From Oscillibacter sp. (lineage in GTDB: Bacteria; Bacillota; Clostridia; Oscillospirales; Oscillospiraceae), in the NCBI RefSeq assembly GCF_017937405.1, contig NZ_JAGBDS010000007.1: a stretch of DNA of 64,000 bases; one strand, 5' to 3'. The notes beneath the pieces were generated by a model. The model saw only the letters and a list, made by a program, of their open reading frames with translations. It was not told where the DNA came from and made no database searches. Of the stretch, positions 40,386 through 50,309 are shown piece after piece. Positions within the stretch are counted from its first letter, which is position 1; every line of letters starts with the position of its first letter. The position numbers and the translations under genes were made by a program.

Positions 40386-41903
40386 ATGGTAGTCACGGTA
40401 CGCTCTCTGGGTCTGAACGGCATCTCCGGCTACGAGGTCAGCGCGGAGTGCTTCCTTTCCGGGGGCCTCCCCGCTTTCGACGTGGTGGGCCTGCCGGACG
40501 CCGCCGTGCGGGAGGCCCGGGAGCGGGTCCGGGCGGCGGTGAAGAACTGCGGCGCCAAGTTCCCCGTCAGCCGCATCACGGTGAATCTGGCCCCCGCCGG
40601 TCAGAAGAAAGCGGGCACGGTCTACGACCTGCCCATCTTCGTCGGTATTCTGGCGGCAAACGGCGACCTGCCGAAGCTGCCCCCGGACGCCGCCTTCATC
40701 GGCGAGCTGTCCCTCACCGGCGCCCTGCGGGGCGTCACCGGTGTGCTGCCCATGGCGATGGCCGCGAAGCAGGTGGGCGTCCGCCAGCTCTTCGTCCCCG
40801 CCGAAAACGCCGCCGAGGCCACCCTGGCAGGCGGCCTGACGGTCTACGGTGTCCCTGACGTGAAAGCCCTGGTAGCCCATCTGAAAGGAGAACGCCCCCT
40901 CTCCCCCGCCCCGGCCTGGGAGCCGGGAACGGATGACGGCCCCCTCCCGGACCTGCGGGACGTGATGGGGCAGGAAAACGTAAAACGGGCGCTGGAGATC
41001 GCCGCCGCAGGCGGCCACAACCTGCTGCTCATCGGCTCCCCCGGCGCGGGAAAATCCATGCTGGCAAAGCGGCTGCCCTCCATTCTCCCGGACATGACCC
41101 GGGACGAGGCGCTGGAGGTCTCCGGCATCTGGTCCGTGGCGGGGCTGGCGGACCCCAAGCACCCTCTTCTGACCCGCCGTCCCTTCCGGGGTCCCCACCA
41201 CACCGCCTCCGCCGCGGCCCTGGCAGGCGGCGGACCCGCCATGCGGCCGGGAGAGATGTCTCTCGCCCACAACGGCGTCCTGTTTTTAGACGAGCTGCCG
41301 GAGTTCCACCGGGACGTGCTGGAGGCCATGCGCCAACCTTTGGAGGACGGCGAAGTCACCGTGGCCCGGGCCGGGGGCACGCTGCACCTGCCTGCCCGGT
41401 TCCAGCTGGTGTGCGCCATGAACCCCTGCCGCTGCGGCTGGCGGGGCCACCCCTCCGGGAAATGCACCTGTTCCGACCGGGAGGTTGAGAAATATGTGGA
41501 GAAGATCTCCGGTCCCCTGCTGGACCGCATCGACCTCCATGTCAACGTCCCCTCGGTGGAATACGAGGCCATGCGCCGCAAGGAGGTCCCCGAGTCCTCC
41601 GCCGACGTCAAGAGGCGGGTAGACGGCGCCCGGGCCATCCAGTCCGCCCGCTTCGCCGGAACGGCTACCTTCTGCAACGCCCACATGACCCCCGCCCAAA
41701 TCGCCGCCTTCTGTCCGCTGGACGGTGCCTGCGACGCCCTGATGAAGACCGCCTTTGACCGCATGGGCCTGACGGCCCGGTCCCATGACCGCATCCTCCG
41801 GGTGGCCCGGACCATCGCGGACCTGGACGGCGACAGGGATATCGGCACCCATCATCTGGCGGAGGCCATCCAGTACCGCAATACCGACATTTTAAAAGGA
41901 TAA
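40386..41903 (+). CDS. comM: YifB/ComM family Mg-chelatase-like AAA+ ATPase
   Basis: VVGLPD, ITVNLAP, GSPGAGKS, LAHNGVLFLDE, MNPCRCG. Confidence 0.93.
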   Translation: MVVTVRSLGLNGISGYEVSAECFLSGGLPAFDVVGLPDAAVREARERVRAAVKNCGAKFPVSRITVNLAPAGQKKAGTVYDLPIFVGILAANGDLPKLPPDAAFIGELSLTGALRGVTGVLPMAMAAKQVGVRQLFVPAENAAEATLAGGLTVYGVPDVKALVAHLKGERPLSPAPAWEPGTDDGPLPDLRDVMGQENVKRALEIAAAGGHNLLLIGSPGAGKSMLAKRLPSILPDMTRDEALEVSGIWSVAGLADPKHPLLTRRPFRGPHHTASAAALAGGGPAMRPGEMSLAHNGVLFLDELPEFHRDVLEAMRQPLEDGEVTVARAGGTLHLPARFQLVCAMNPCRCGWRGHPSGKCTCSDREVEKYVEKISGPLLDRIDLHVNVPSVEYEAMRRKEVPESSADVKRRVDGARAIQSARFAGTATFCNAHMTPAQIAAFCPLDGACDALMKTAFDRMGLTARSHDRILRVARTIADLDGDRDIGTHHLAEAIQYRNTDILKG

Positions 41904-41940
41904 AACGAGGCCCGGGGAAATCCCCGGGCCTTCGTTGTAT

Positions 41941-42249
41941 TCACTTCGCCGCTTTCACGGAGAGGACCTGTCCGGTGAAGGCGTCCACCACGGACAGTTC
42001 CCCGGTGTACGTCACCGTCACCCGATCGCCCACCTCCTGCTCCGCCAGTCCCTCCGGCGCGCCGCCCTCAAAGGTCAGGGCATAGCTGTCGCCGTTGTCG
42101 TCGGTGACTACGAACATGAAGTCCTTCACCTCATCCAGGGTGCCGGTCAGCGTTTTTTCCTCCCCGCTCTCCCCGGACTTTTTCGCGCCGCACCCGGCGC
42201 AGGCCAGCAGCAGCGCAGCCGCCAGCAGACACGCAAAGATTCGTTTCAT
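41941..42249 (-). CDS. Small lipoprotein
   Basis: LLACAGC lipobox; last gene of the ECF operon. Confidence 0.8.
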   Translation of the reverse strand: MKRIFACLLAAALLLACAGCGAKKSGESGEEKTLTGTLDEVKDFMFVVTDDNGDSYALTFEGGAPEGLAEQEVGDRVTVTYTGELSVVDAFTGQVLSVKAAK

Positions 42250-42263
42250 CTGTTCTCTCTTTC

Positions 42264-43103
42264 TTACTTTTTTAATAATGTCTCATACACATCTGACGGG
42301 ATGGTGAACTCCGGCATCCCCATAGAACCGGGAGCGGTGGTGTACTCGTCAAACACCAGCACCAGGTCTCCGTCCGTGTTGAAATAGAAATTCTGCTCCG
42401 GACCGATGGCGGTGAACTCCTCCGGGAAGTAAGAAACTTCCACGTTTTCCGCCATCCGCTCCTCCATCTGCCGACGCACCTCGTCGGAGAGGACGGTCAC
42501 ATAATCAGCGTCCTCCCGGAACAGGTCCTTCAGCGTCACCACCTGGTCGTTAGCCTTGTTAATGTGGTAGAAGCGGCTGAATTCATACCCGCTGGCCTGG
42601 ATCTCCACCGCGTCCACCCGGAGGGTGAACCACTCATCCGTATCCGTCACCACCGTACTGGTCACATCCAGGCCGTGGTAACCCTCTTTCCCCAGTTCTT
42701 CTTCGCAGGTCTCCTCAAACCGCGCGATGAGCCGGTCCGTGTACGCCCGTACCTGGTCGCTGACCTCCTGGGCGGCGGCGCCGCCCGCCAGCTCCGGCAC
42801 GGAGACATCGGCACTGTGGTAACCGTCGTCGTAGGTGTAGTTTCGGAAGGTCACCACCCGCACGATGGCCCCCAGCACCGGAATATCCGCCATGGCGGCA
42901 GCCGCCGTGGGGGACACGTTTGGCACCGTGATGAACAGTGCCAGGGCCGCCGCGGCCCAGGCCGCCCAGCGGTAAGAATGCCTCTTCGGTTTCGTCTCCT
43001 CCAGAGCGGCGCAGGCTGCAAACACCCGGCCCGCATAGTCCTCCGGCAGGGGGAAGGGCTCGCTTTTGGCCCGTTCTCTCAGCATTTTGTCAAATCGATC
43101 CAT
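42264..43103 (-). CDS. RsiV-like anti-sigma factor (DUF3298)
   Basis: TM helix, IPVLGAIVRVVTFR, FYFNTDGDLVLVFDEY..APGSMG. Confidence 0.88.
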   Translation of the reverse strand: MDRFDKMLRERAKSEPFPLPEDYAGRVFAACAALEETKPKRHSYRWAAWAAAALALFITVPNVSPTAAAAMADIPVLGAIVRVVTFRNYTYDDGYHSADVSVPELAGGAAAQEVSDQVRAYTDRLIARFEETCEEELGKEGYHGLDVTSTVVTDTDEWFTLRVDAVEIQASGYEFSRFYHINKANDQVVTLKDLFREDADYVTVLSDEVRRQMEERMAENVEVSYFPEEFTAIGPEQNFYFNTDGDLVLVFDEYTTAPGSMGMPEFTIPSDVYETLLKK

Positions 43104-43122
43104 TGTCGTACCTCATTTCTCG

Positions 43123-43608
43123 TCATTTCTCGTCCAGCAGCTGACGCAGCCGCGCCCGACCCCGGGACAGGCGGGTCTTGACCGCCGCCTCGCTGATACC
43201 CAGCACGCGGCTGATCTCCCGGATGGACAGCCCATCGTAGTAAAACAGCGTCACAGGCGCCCGCAGATCATCGTTCAGGGAAAGCACCGCCTGCCAGAGG
43301 GTCAGCCGTTGGGCGTGGTCATCCTCCGGTGCCGGAAGCTCCCCAGCCGTGTCCAGGTCCACGGTACTTCGCCGTTTGCGGCAAGCGTCGTAGCACTTGT
43401 TGGCCAGGATGCGCAGCATCCAGGGCTTGAATTTTTCGGTGTCCCGCAGCGAATCCCGGCGGGCGAAGGCGGTGCAGATAGCCTCCTGCACCGCGTCCTC
43501 GGCGTCCTCGTCGCTGCGGAGGATGGCCCTGGCGGTGCGGAACATCGTCTCCTGGCAGCCGATGACCTGCGCACAGAACGATTCTTTGTCCAAAACAGCT
43601 TGCGTCAT
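43123..43608 (-). CDS. ECF RNA polymerase sigma factor (SigV-like)
   Basis: DAEDAVQE, FKPWMLRIL, VKTRLSRGR. Confidence 0.92.
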   Translation of the reverse strand: MTQAVLDKESFCAQVIGCQETMFRTARAILRSDEDAEDAVQEAICTAFARRDSLRDTEKFKPWMLRILANKCYDACRKRRSTVDLDTAGELPAPEDDHAQRLTLWQAVLSLNDDLRAPVTLFYYDGLSIREISRVLGISEAAVKTRLSRGRARLRQLLDEK

Positions 43609-43775
43609 ATGTTCGGAGCAGCTCCTTTCTGGTGATAAAATCGGGCAGCGGCCCGCCGCTCCCCAATGACCGATCATATAGTATGATGCTTTCCCTGAGG
43701 AAAAGGTGACAGCGGGCAAAAATTTTTTATGCAGAAAGGGCAGCCCTAAAACAGGACTGCCCGATAAACTGGAAT

Positions 43776-44306
43776 TTATACAAACGCATGATTCATGATC
43801 TTGTCCTGCAGATAAGCATGAAAGGTGTCATACTCCGCTTGCGAAATCGGCATAGGACTGCTCATGATGACAAGTTCATGTCCTTTGTTTCCTTTATGGT
43901 ACGGAGGATGGATATGGGGATACGGATTCTCAACAAATCCACATCGTTCATAGAATCCTTTTCTTCTTACAGATATTGCATCAATCGGGGGGTCAATCTC
44001 AAGTATGAGCGTTTTCTGCCGCGTCTTCAAAAGTGAAAGTACCCTCTGACCATATTGCTTGTTTCGCATTTCCGTCAAAATGCAAAAATGCTCGATATAG
44101 ATATAATCCAAGCTTTCCCAATATAAAACAAGGCCTACAAAAGTGCCCGCATCGTAAATCAGATCGAAATGATAGGCATCATCATGCAAAATCGCAGCCT
44201 GAGAAAATGCCTCTCGTTGTTCGTGAAAAGGGAAACTAATTTGATACAGTTCTAAAGCTTGCTTATACAAGGGATGTAAAGGACTTGTAATTCGTTCAAG
44301 ATTCAT
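43776..44306 (-). CDS. GNAT acetyltransferase (AT-rich)
   Basis: YIEHFCI...RNKQYGQ, RRKGFYERCGF. True start MNLERI, not the 45146 ORF start. Confidence 0.88.
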   Translation of the reverse strand: MNLERITSPLHPLYKQALELYQISFPFHEQREAFSQAAILHDDAYHFDLIYDAGTFVGLVLYWESLDYIYIEHFCILTEMRNKQYGQRVLSLLKTRQKTLILEIDPPIDAISVRRKGFYERCGFVENPYPHIHPPYHKGNKGHELVIMSSPMPISQAEYDTFHAYLQDKIMNHAFV

Positions 44307-44504
44307 AATTGCTGCCTTTCTAAATTCCGATTTGTCGGGTCCATCATACCATACTGCAGCGCCGCCCGCAATCAGGCTGGCCGGAGAAATTACGAAAGAA
44401 AACCCCGCCACCGCTTTGGATAAAAAGCCGCTGGGCAATGTCATATTGTCAATTTCTCCGTTTTCCTGTATAATGATTCCATTACATATAAGGAGGTCCC
44501 CCTT

Positions 44505-45137
44505 ATGAAGATCGTCGCCATCAACGGCAGCCCCCGGAAAAACGGCAACACCGCCCTCCTGTTGGACGCCGTCCGCCAGGAAGTGGAAGCCGCCGGCGTG
44601 GAGTTCCAGGTATTCCAGCCCGGTCCCAACGTCCACCCCTGCATGGCCTGCTACAACTGTCTGGACACCGGCAGCCTCCGCTGCGTGCGGAAGGATGACG
44701 GCGTCAACGACATCATCGCCGCCTGCATCGAGGCCGACGGCATCCTGCTGGCCTCCCCCGTGTACCACAGCGGTATGTCCGGCAGCATGAAGTGCGTGGT
44801 CGACCGGCTGATGCTGGCCGCCGGCTGTGGCGTGAACCAGCTCCACCACAAGGTGGGCGGCGCCCTGTGCACCCTGCGGCGCTCCGGCGGCAGCGAGACG
44901 TACCACCAGCTCCTGGCCGCCATGGACTGCATGGAGATGGTGCTGGTGACCTCCGACTACTGGGGCGTGGTCCACGGCGCCGAGCCCGGCGAGGTCCTGT
45001 CCGACGAGGAGGGCATGGAAGTCGCCAAGCGGCTGGGTCGGGACATGGCCTGGATGGTGAAGGTGCTCAGCGCCACCAAGGAGACGCTGCCGCCTCCCGC
45101 CGCCGGACAGCGGCCCATGACCAACTTCATCCGCTGA
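44505..45137 (+). CDS. Flavodoxin family / iron-sulfur flavoprotein
   Basis: INGSPRKNGNT, CxxCxxC-x6-C, ASPVY. Confidence 0.92.
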   Translation: MKIVAINGSPRKNGNTALLLDAVRQEVEAAGVEFQVFQPGPNVHPCMACYNCLDTGSLRCVRKDDGVNDIIAACIEADGILLASPVYHSGMSGSMKCVVDRLMLAAGCGVNQLHHKVGGALCTLRRSGGSETYHQLLAAMDCMEMVLVTSDYWGVVHGAEPGEVLSDEEGMEVAKRLGRDMAWMVKVLSATKETLPPPAAGQRPMTNFIR

Positions 45138-45173
45138 AAAAATCACGGCTCCCGTTTTGGGAGCCGTGATTTT

Positions 45174-46439
45174 TTATGCGTCGATCTTCAGGATGTACCT
45201 CTGCCGCTGCTGTACGATGCGCCCGGCAGCGATCATTTTTTGCAGGATGGGCCGGCACTGGCTGGCGTCGATCCGCAGGATACGGGCGATGTCCTGCCGG
45301 TAGGCGAAGCCCTCTTTATTCAGATATTCCAAAATCACTGTCTCCTGCCGCTCCGGCGGCACCACATCGCCCTGGAGGTAATACCGGGCACCCACCTGCA
45401 CCAGCTTGCCCCGGCGGGTCATCTGCTTGAGCCGGTTGTAGGCCGTGGTCCGGGACACCCCCAGTAGCTCCGCCGCCTCGTTCCGGGTGATGGAGTGCTT
45501 CCGGCGGAGATAGGCCGCCACCTGGTTCTCGCCGCCCACCCGGATGTCGCAGTCCATCCGCAGGTCCCGCAGCGTCACGTCGTCCATGCCGCCCCGGACC
45601 AGAGCCGCCCGCACCAGGCGGGAAAGACGGGTGCGGTCATAGGGCTGGCCGCTCCGGGGCGCCGTCACCACGTATTCCGCCGTGGGGGACGTTTCCCGCA
45701 GCTCCCGGAGAATGCCCAGCACGCCGCTGGTCAGGGATACCGTCCGCTCCGGCAGATACAGCCGCTCCCCCTCCAGGTCCATCTGCTCCCACCGCAGCGT
45801 CACGATCTCCTCCAGCCGTAGGGCAAGCTGCCACGTCAGCCACAGCGTCACTCCCGCCGGGCTTGTCCGCTCTGTCTGCAGCAGCTTCCACAGGGCGAAC
45901 TCGTCGATCTGGGCCGCCTCCTCCCGCCGGATGCGGGTGGAGACGGTCTTTTCTTTTAGATGCCCGCCAAAGTGGGCCTTTAATCCGGCGGCCTCCACGC
46001 CCGCGATGCGGGAGACATACTGCCAGTCGTGCTCCTCCAGCTGCCGGAGGATGAAATCGTTCCGTAGGTCCACCAGACGCACCTCCGTCTGGCCTTCCTC
46101 GTCCAGGGCCCGCCGGGCCAAGCGGGAAATGGACTGGGGCGTCAGAGGCTTTTGGTCCCGGTCCGACAGCACCACCGTCTCCGACACCCGGTTCCGCTTC
46201 TCCCGCAGGGCGGACAGCCACGACGCCAGCTCACCGGAGATGGGAACCCGGCGGTCCGGCAGCACGAAGCAGCTGTCCAAAAAGTCGATCTGGGCCCAGG
46301 TCAGGCTCTGGAGCTCCTCCCGCAGCAGTCCCGCCTGCCATGCCAGGCGCAAAATGATCCCCGCCGCGTTATCAAAATTTTTTTCTAAAATACGGTCCAT
46401 GGCGCCCTCGTCGGGGCGGTTCACGACATATTCCTGCAT
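45174..46439 (-). CDS. Tandem tyrosine-recombinase-fold protein with two C-terminal winged-helix domains (probably inactive)
   Basis: Two repeats of LxW..GL(L/R)xEE..LxW..D ... DLR; C-terminal ITRNEAAELLGVSRTTAY and RQDIARILRID HTHs. Confidence 0.8.
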   Translation of the reverse strand: MQEYVVNRPDEGAMDRILEKNFDNAAGIILRLAWQAGLLREELQSLTWAQIDFLDSCFVLPDRRVPISGELASWLSALREKRNRVSETVVLSDRDQKPLTPQSISRLARRALDEEGQTEVRLVDLRNDFILRQLEEHDWQYVSRIAGVEAAGLKAHFGGHLKEKTVSTRIRREEAAQIDEFALWKLLQTERTSPAGVTLWLTWQLALRLEEIVTLRWEQMDLEGERLYLPERTVSLTSGVLGILRELRETSPTAEYVVTAPRSGQPYDRTRLSRLVRAALVRGGMDDVTLRDLRMDCDIRVGGENQVAAYLRRKHSITRNEAAELLGVSRTTAYNRLKQMTRRGKLVQVGARYYLQGDVVPPERQETVILEYLNKEGFAYRQDIARILRIDASQCRPILQKMIAAGRIVQQRQRYILKIDA

Positions 46440-46588
46440 ACCGGCTCCTTAAATCATGTTACGATTATGTATCAAATAATTGACTGTAAAGTTTTCCGGT
46501 TTTTGCTAGTCCCATCAGGGAAATACTGGTTTCCGCACCGTGAGATTGTTACGCTTATATGCCGAAATCAAATTTACCCATAAAATCG

Positions 46589-46617
46589 TTGAAACCCTTG
46601 CGCTGCAAGGGTTTCAA
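46589..46617. repeat. Perfect 13-bp inverted repeat in a divergent intergenic region
   Basis: TTGAAACCCTTGC-GCT-GCAAGGGTTTCAA. Confidence 0.85.
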
Positions 46618-46718
46618 GGTTTTATCTAATTGGAAAATACACCAAAAGATAGCAAAAATCAATATCCTTTCACATATTTTGAATCCCACACCCCCACGGT
46701 AGACTGGAGCAAAGGAGC

Positions 46719-47069
46719 GTGTTGCAAATGACGAAGCAGGAGCGTGTCGCCGTGGGCCAGAGGTTACGGCAGCAGAGAAACCGCCTGAATCTTACGCGGG
46801 AGCAATTTGCCGAGCTGGCGGACATCGGCGCCGGTTACTACGGACAGATCGAGGTAGGCACCTCCCAGATGTCCATTGACACCCTCATCAAAGTCTCCCG
46901 CGCCTCCCATCTCTCCATGGAGTACATCCTCTTCGGCCCGGAGGGCACGGAAGCCGGGGACGCCACCTCCCTCCAGGCCCTGCTGTCCGGCTGCACGCCC
47001 CGGGAGCTTCGGCTGGCAGAAAAGGTGCTGCAGCTTTTTCTTCTGCGGGGAGACCGCCAAAATGATTGA
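46719..47069 (+). CDS. XRE-family HTH regulator
   Basis: VGQRLRQQR...LTREQFAE...IEVG...SMEYILFG. Confidence 0.88.
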   Translation: MLQMTKQERVAVGQRLRQQRNRLNLTREQFAELADIGAGYYGQIEVGTSQMSIDTLIKVSRASHLSMEYILFGPEGTEAGDATSLQALLSGCTPRELRLAEKVLQLFLLRGDRQND

Positions 47070-47148
47070 GCAACATAAAAATCAGGCTTTTCCTCCAGAG
47101 AGAAATGGGATATAATGTGGAACAGTACGAATTGCGGAGGAAATATCC

Positions 47149-48330
47149 ATGATAAGCAACAATGAAATGTTTCTGCTGAAGCTGGGCGAGGTGGTCCTGA
47201 AGGGCCTGAACCGGCGGTCCTTTGAGGACAAGCTGGTGAACAACGTCCGGCGGCGGCTGAAGAGCTGCGGCAGCTTCCAGGTCTATATCCGCCAAAGCAC
47301 CATCTACGTGGAGCCCACCACCGACAACTGCGATATGGAGGCGGCCTATACCGCCTGCCGCCAGGTGTTCGGCGTGGTGGCGGTGGCCCGGGCGGTTCCC
47401 TGTGAGAAAACGGTGGAGGCCATCGTGGAGACGGCCAAGACCTACCTGGCGGACGAGTTCGCCACCGCCAGAAGCTTCAAGGTGGAGAGCAAGCGGGCGG
47501 ACAAGCAGTTCTATCTGAACTCCATCCAGATCTCCCAGGCGGTAGGCGGCGACCTGGCCGAGGCCTTCCCCCACATCACCGTGGATGTCCACAAGCCCGA
47601 TCTGACGGTCTATGTGGAGATTCGGGAAAAGGCCGCCTACGTTCACGCCCCCGCCCTGCCCGGGGCCGGCGGCCTGCCGGTGGGCATGGGCGGCCACGCC
47701 GTCAGCCTGCTGTCCGGCGGTCTGGACTCCCCCGTTTCCTCCTGGATGATGGCCCGCCGTGGCGTGGAGCTGGAGATGATCCACTTCGTCTCTCCCCCCT
47801 ACACCTCCCAGCAGGCCCAGGACAAGGTGCTGGAGCTAGCCCGTCTGCTGACGGCCTACTGCGGCCGGATGATCGTCCACATCGTCCCTTTCACCGAAAT
47901 TCAGGAAGAAATTCGCAAAAACTGCCCGGAGGAGTATTTCACCCTTATTATGCGCCGCTTTATGATGCGGCTGGCGGAGGCCGTGGCGAAAAAGGCCGGG
48001 GCCAAGGCCCTCATCACCGGCGAATCTCTGGGCCAGGTGGCAAGCCAGACCATGATGGCCCTGGGCGTCACGGAGGATGTGACCACCATGCCGGTCCTGC
48101 GGCCCCTCATCGGCATGGACAAGGTGGAGATCATCCGCATTGCCCGGGAGATCGGCACCTATGATACCTCCATCCTCCCCTACGAGGACTGCTGCACCGT
48201 GTTTACCCCCCGCCATCCCGCCACCCGACCCGACCTGGAGGAGGTCCGCAAGGCGGAGGCCGCCCTGGATGTGGAGGGGCTGATTATCAAGGCCCTGGCG
48301 GAGGAGAGTTGGGTAAGAGTCAAATACTGA
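47149..48330 (+). CDS. thiI: tRNA 4-thiouridine synthase ThiI
   Basis: GEVVLKGLNR, THUMP domain, LLSGGLDSPV, GESLGQVASQT, EDCC. Confidence 0.97.
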   Translation: MISNNEMFLLKLGEVVLKGLNRRSFEDKLVNNVRRRLKSCGSFQVYIRQSTIYVEPTTDNCDMEAAYTACRQVFGVVAVARAVPCEKTVEAIVETAKTYLADEFATARSFKVESKRADKQFYLNSIQISQAVGGDLAEAFPHITVDVHKPDLTVYVEIREKAAYVHAPALPGAGGLPVGMGGHAVSLLSGGLDSPVSSWMMARRGVELEMIHFVSPPYTSQQAQDKVLELARLLTAYCGRMIVHIVPFTEIQEEIRKNCPEEYFTLIMRRFMMRLAEAVAKKAGAKALITGESLGQVASQTMMALGVTEDVTTMPVLRPLIGMDKVEIIRIAREIGTYDTSILPYEDCCTVFTPRHPATRPDLEEVRKAEAALDVEGLIIKALAEESWVRVKY

Positions 48331-48352
48331 TGATGTCCCCTGGCAGGGGGTG

Positions 48353-48938
48353 GGGAATGAACCCCCCATTTTCTTTGAGTTGCGCCCAAAGAAAACGGGC
48401 CGTTCACGGTCCAAAAGAAAGACGCCTGGGGCCTCAAACTTGACCCGCTTTGGGGTCAAGTTTGGGCTGAGACGAGGGGTCCTGACATGAAACCTCGGCA
48501 GTCGAGGCAAACTCCTGCGTTGGGCGCGGCTCCAACTTTGCTGTAACTTGTAAACACGTAGCCCGCGGCGAACCGTTTCCGTGCATTGGGCTGCAAAACC
48601 GATTTGGTCTGTTCCTCTTTCCGCTGCCGCTCCCTATTATCTCCCAGGCAGCGCGTAGCGAAGCGGAACGCGCGGGGCTAATGGCAGAGCCCATACGACG
48701 ACCACCCCGAAAGCCGCTCCGCACCGCCAACTGCGGGGAAGCACCATCTCTGATCCCCAAGTCTCAGGCGCACCCGGCAGAAGACTCTCAGCTTACGGGG
48801 GCACCGTCTCGCACGACCCCCGTCCTCGTCCAAACCCGCCAAAGGCGGGATTTGGACACAAAAGCGCCTTTTCTTTTGACTGTGAACGGCCGTTTTCTTT
48901 TCGGCGCAACCGAAAAGAAAATGGGGGGGTTCATTCCC
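48353..48938. mobile_element. Non-coding foldback element with long imperfect terminal inverted repeats
   Basis: ~75-bp IR GGGAATGAACCCCCCATTTTCTTT...CCGTTCAC...AAAAGAAA at 48353-48425 and, reversed, at ~48863-48938. Confidence 0.7.
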
Positions 48939-49038
48939 GCGCCGCAAAGCGGCGCACACCCCCGTCCCGCCCCCGTGGGGCGGCCATCCCCCGTCCCCGC
49001 CCGCAGGCGGACACCCCACATCAAAGAAGGTACACGCC

Positions 49039-50301
49039 ATGTCACACACCGCCGAAATTATCGCCGTGGGCACTGAGCTGCTCCTCGGCAACATCGTCAA
49101 CACCAACGCCCGGGACATCTCCCAGGCCCTCTCCGCCGTGGGCGTCAACGTCTTCTGGCACACCGTCGTGGGCGACAACCCCCAGCGCCTGAAGGAAGCC
49201 CTGGATGTTGCCCGCCGCCGGGCCGACATCATCATTACCACCGGTGGCCTGGGTCCCACCTACGATGATCTGACCAAGCAGACCATCTGCGAAGCCTTCG
49301 GCAAGCCTCTGCTGCTCCACCAGGACATCGTGGAGCACCTGAAGGTCTTTTTTGAAAAGAATGTCCACATGAAGATGCCCTCCAACAACCTCCAGCAGGC
49401 GGAGCTGCCGGAGGGCTGCACTGTGTTCGATAATCCCGTGGGCACCGCCCCCGGCTGCGCTTTCGAGGCAGACGGCGTCCACGTCCTGATGCTCCCCGGC
49501 CCGCCCTTCGAGATGCTGACCATGCTGAATCGCCATGTGGTCCCCTATCTCCGCAACCTCTCCAGCGAGGTCATCGTCTCCCATGACATCATGACCTTCG
49601 GCCTGGGCGAAAGCCCCATGGAGGAGCTGATGCGGGCGAAGATGAGCCGCATGGAAAACCCCTCCCTCGCCACCTACGCCAAGCCCAGCGAGGTCCGTCT
49701 CCGGGCCACCGCCAAGGCGCAGAGCGTGGAGGCCGCCGAGGCCATGCTGGCCCCGGTGGTAAAGGACGTCACCGATTTTCTGGGAGATTACGTCTACGGC
49801 GTGGATGTATCCAGCCTGGAAGAGACCTGTTTCCGGCTTTTGAAAGAAAAGGGTCTGACCCTGGCCACCGCCGAGAGCTGCACCGGCGGTCGGGTGGCGG
49901 AGCGCATCACCGCCCTGCCCGGCGTCTCCGCCGTGTACCGGGGCGGCGTGGTCAGCTACTGGACTTCCGTCAAGGCGGACGTACTGGGCGTACCTCAAGA
50001 AACGTTGGACGCTTACGGCGCCGTGTCGGAGGAGACTGCCCGGGCCATGGCGGAGGGCGCCCGCCGTATTACGGGAGCCGACATCGCCGTGTCCGTCACC
50101 GGCGTGGCGGGCCCCGACCCCGATGAGCGGGGCGTGAGCGTGGGCATCGTGTACATCGGCCTTGCCACCCCGGACGGCACCTTCTGCCGTCCCCTGGACC
50201 TGGGCAAGCGCCGCCGGGACCGCATTCAGGACCTCTCCAGCAACCATGCGCTGGACGTAGTGCGGCGGTATCTGACGGGCCTGCCCGTCACACTTTCCTG
50301 A
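49039..50301 (+). CDS. cinA: Competence/damage-inducible protein CinA (NMN deamidase domain)
   Basis: AVGTELLLG, GGLGPTYDD, AESCTGG, SVTGVAGP. Confidence 0.96.
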   Translation: MSHTAEIIAVGTELLLGNIVNTNARDISQALSAVGVNVFWHTVVGDNPQRLKEALDVARRRADIIITTGGLGPTYDDLTKQTICEAFGKPLLLHQDIVEHLKVFFEKNVHMKMPSNNLQQAELPEGCTVFDNPVGTAPGCAFEADGVHVLMLPGPPFEMLTMLNRHVVPYLRNLSSEVIVSHDIMTFGLGESPMEELMRAKMSRMENPSLATYAKPSEVRLRATAKAQSVEAAEAMLAPVVKDVTDFLGDYVYGVDVSSLEETCFRLLKEKGLTLATAESCTGGRVAERITALPGVSAVYRGGVVSYWTSVKADVLGVPQETLDAYGAVSEETARAMAEGARRITGADIAVSVTGVAGPDPDERGVSVGIVYIGLATPDGTFCRPLDLGKRRRDRIQDLSSNHALDVVRRYLTGLPVTLS

Positions 50302-50309
50302 AAAAGCTC

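Noticed and set aside
43776-45146. 456-aa ORF as a fusion protein
   Set aside because: The N-terminal part is antisense to the flavodoxin gene; only 43776-44306 is the GNAT.
48434-49259. ORFs inside the foldback element
   Set aside because: No RBS or transposase motifs; explained by GC-rich repeats.
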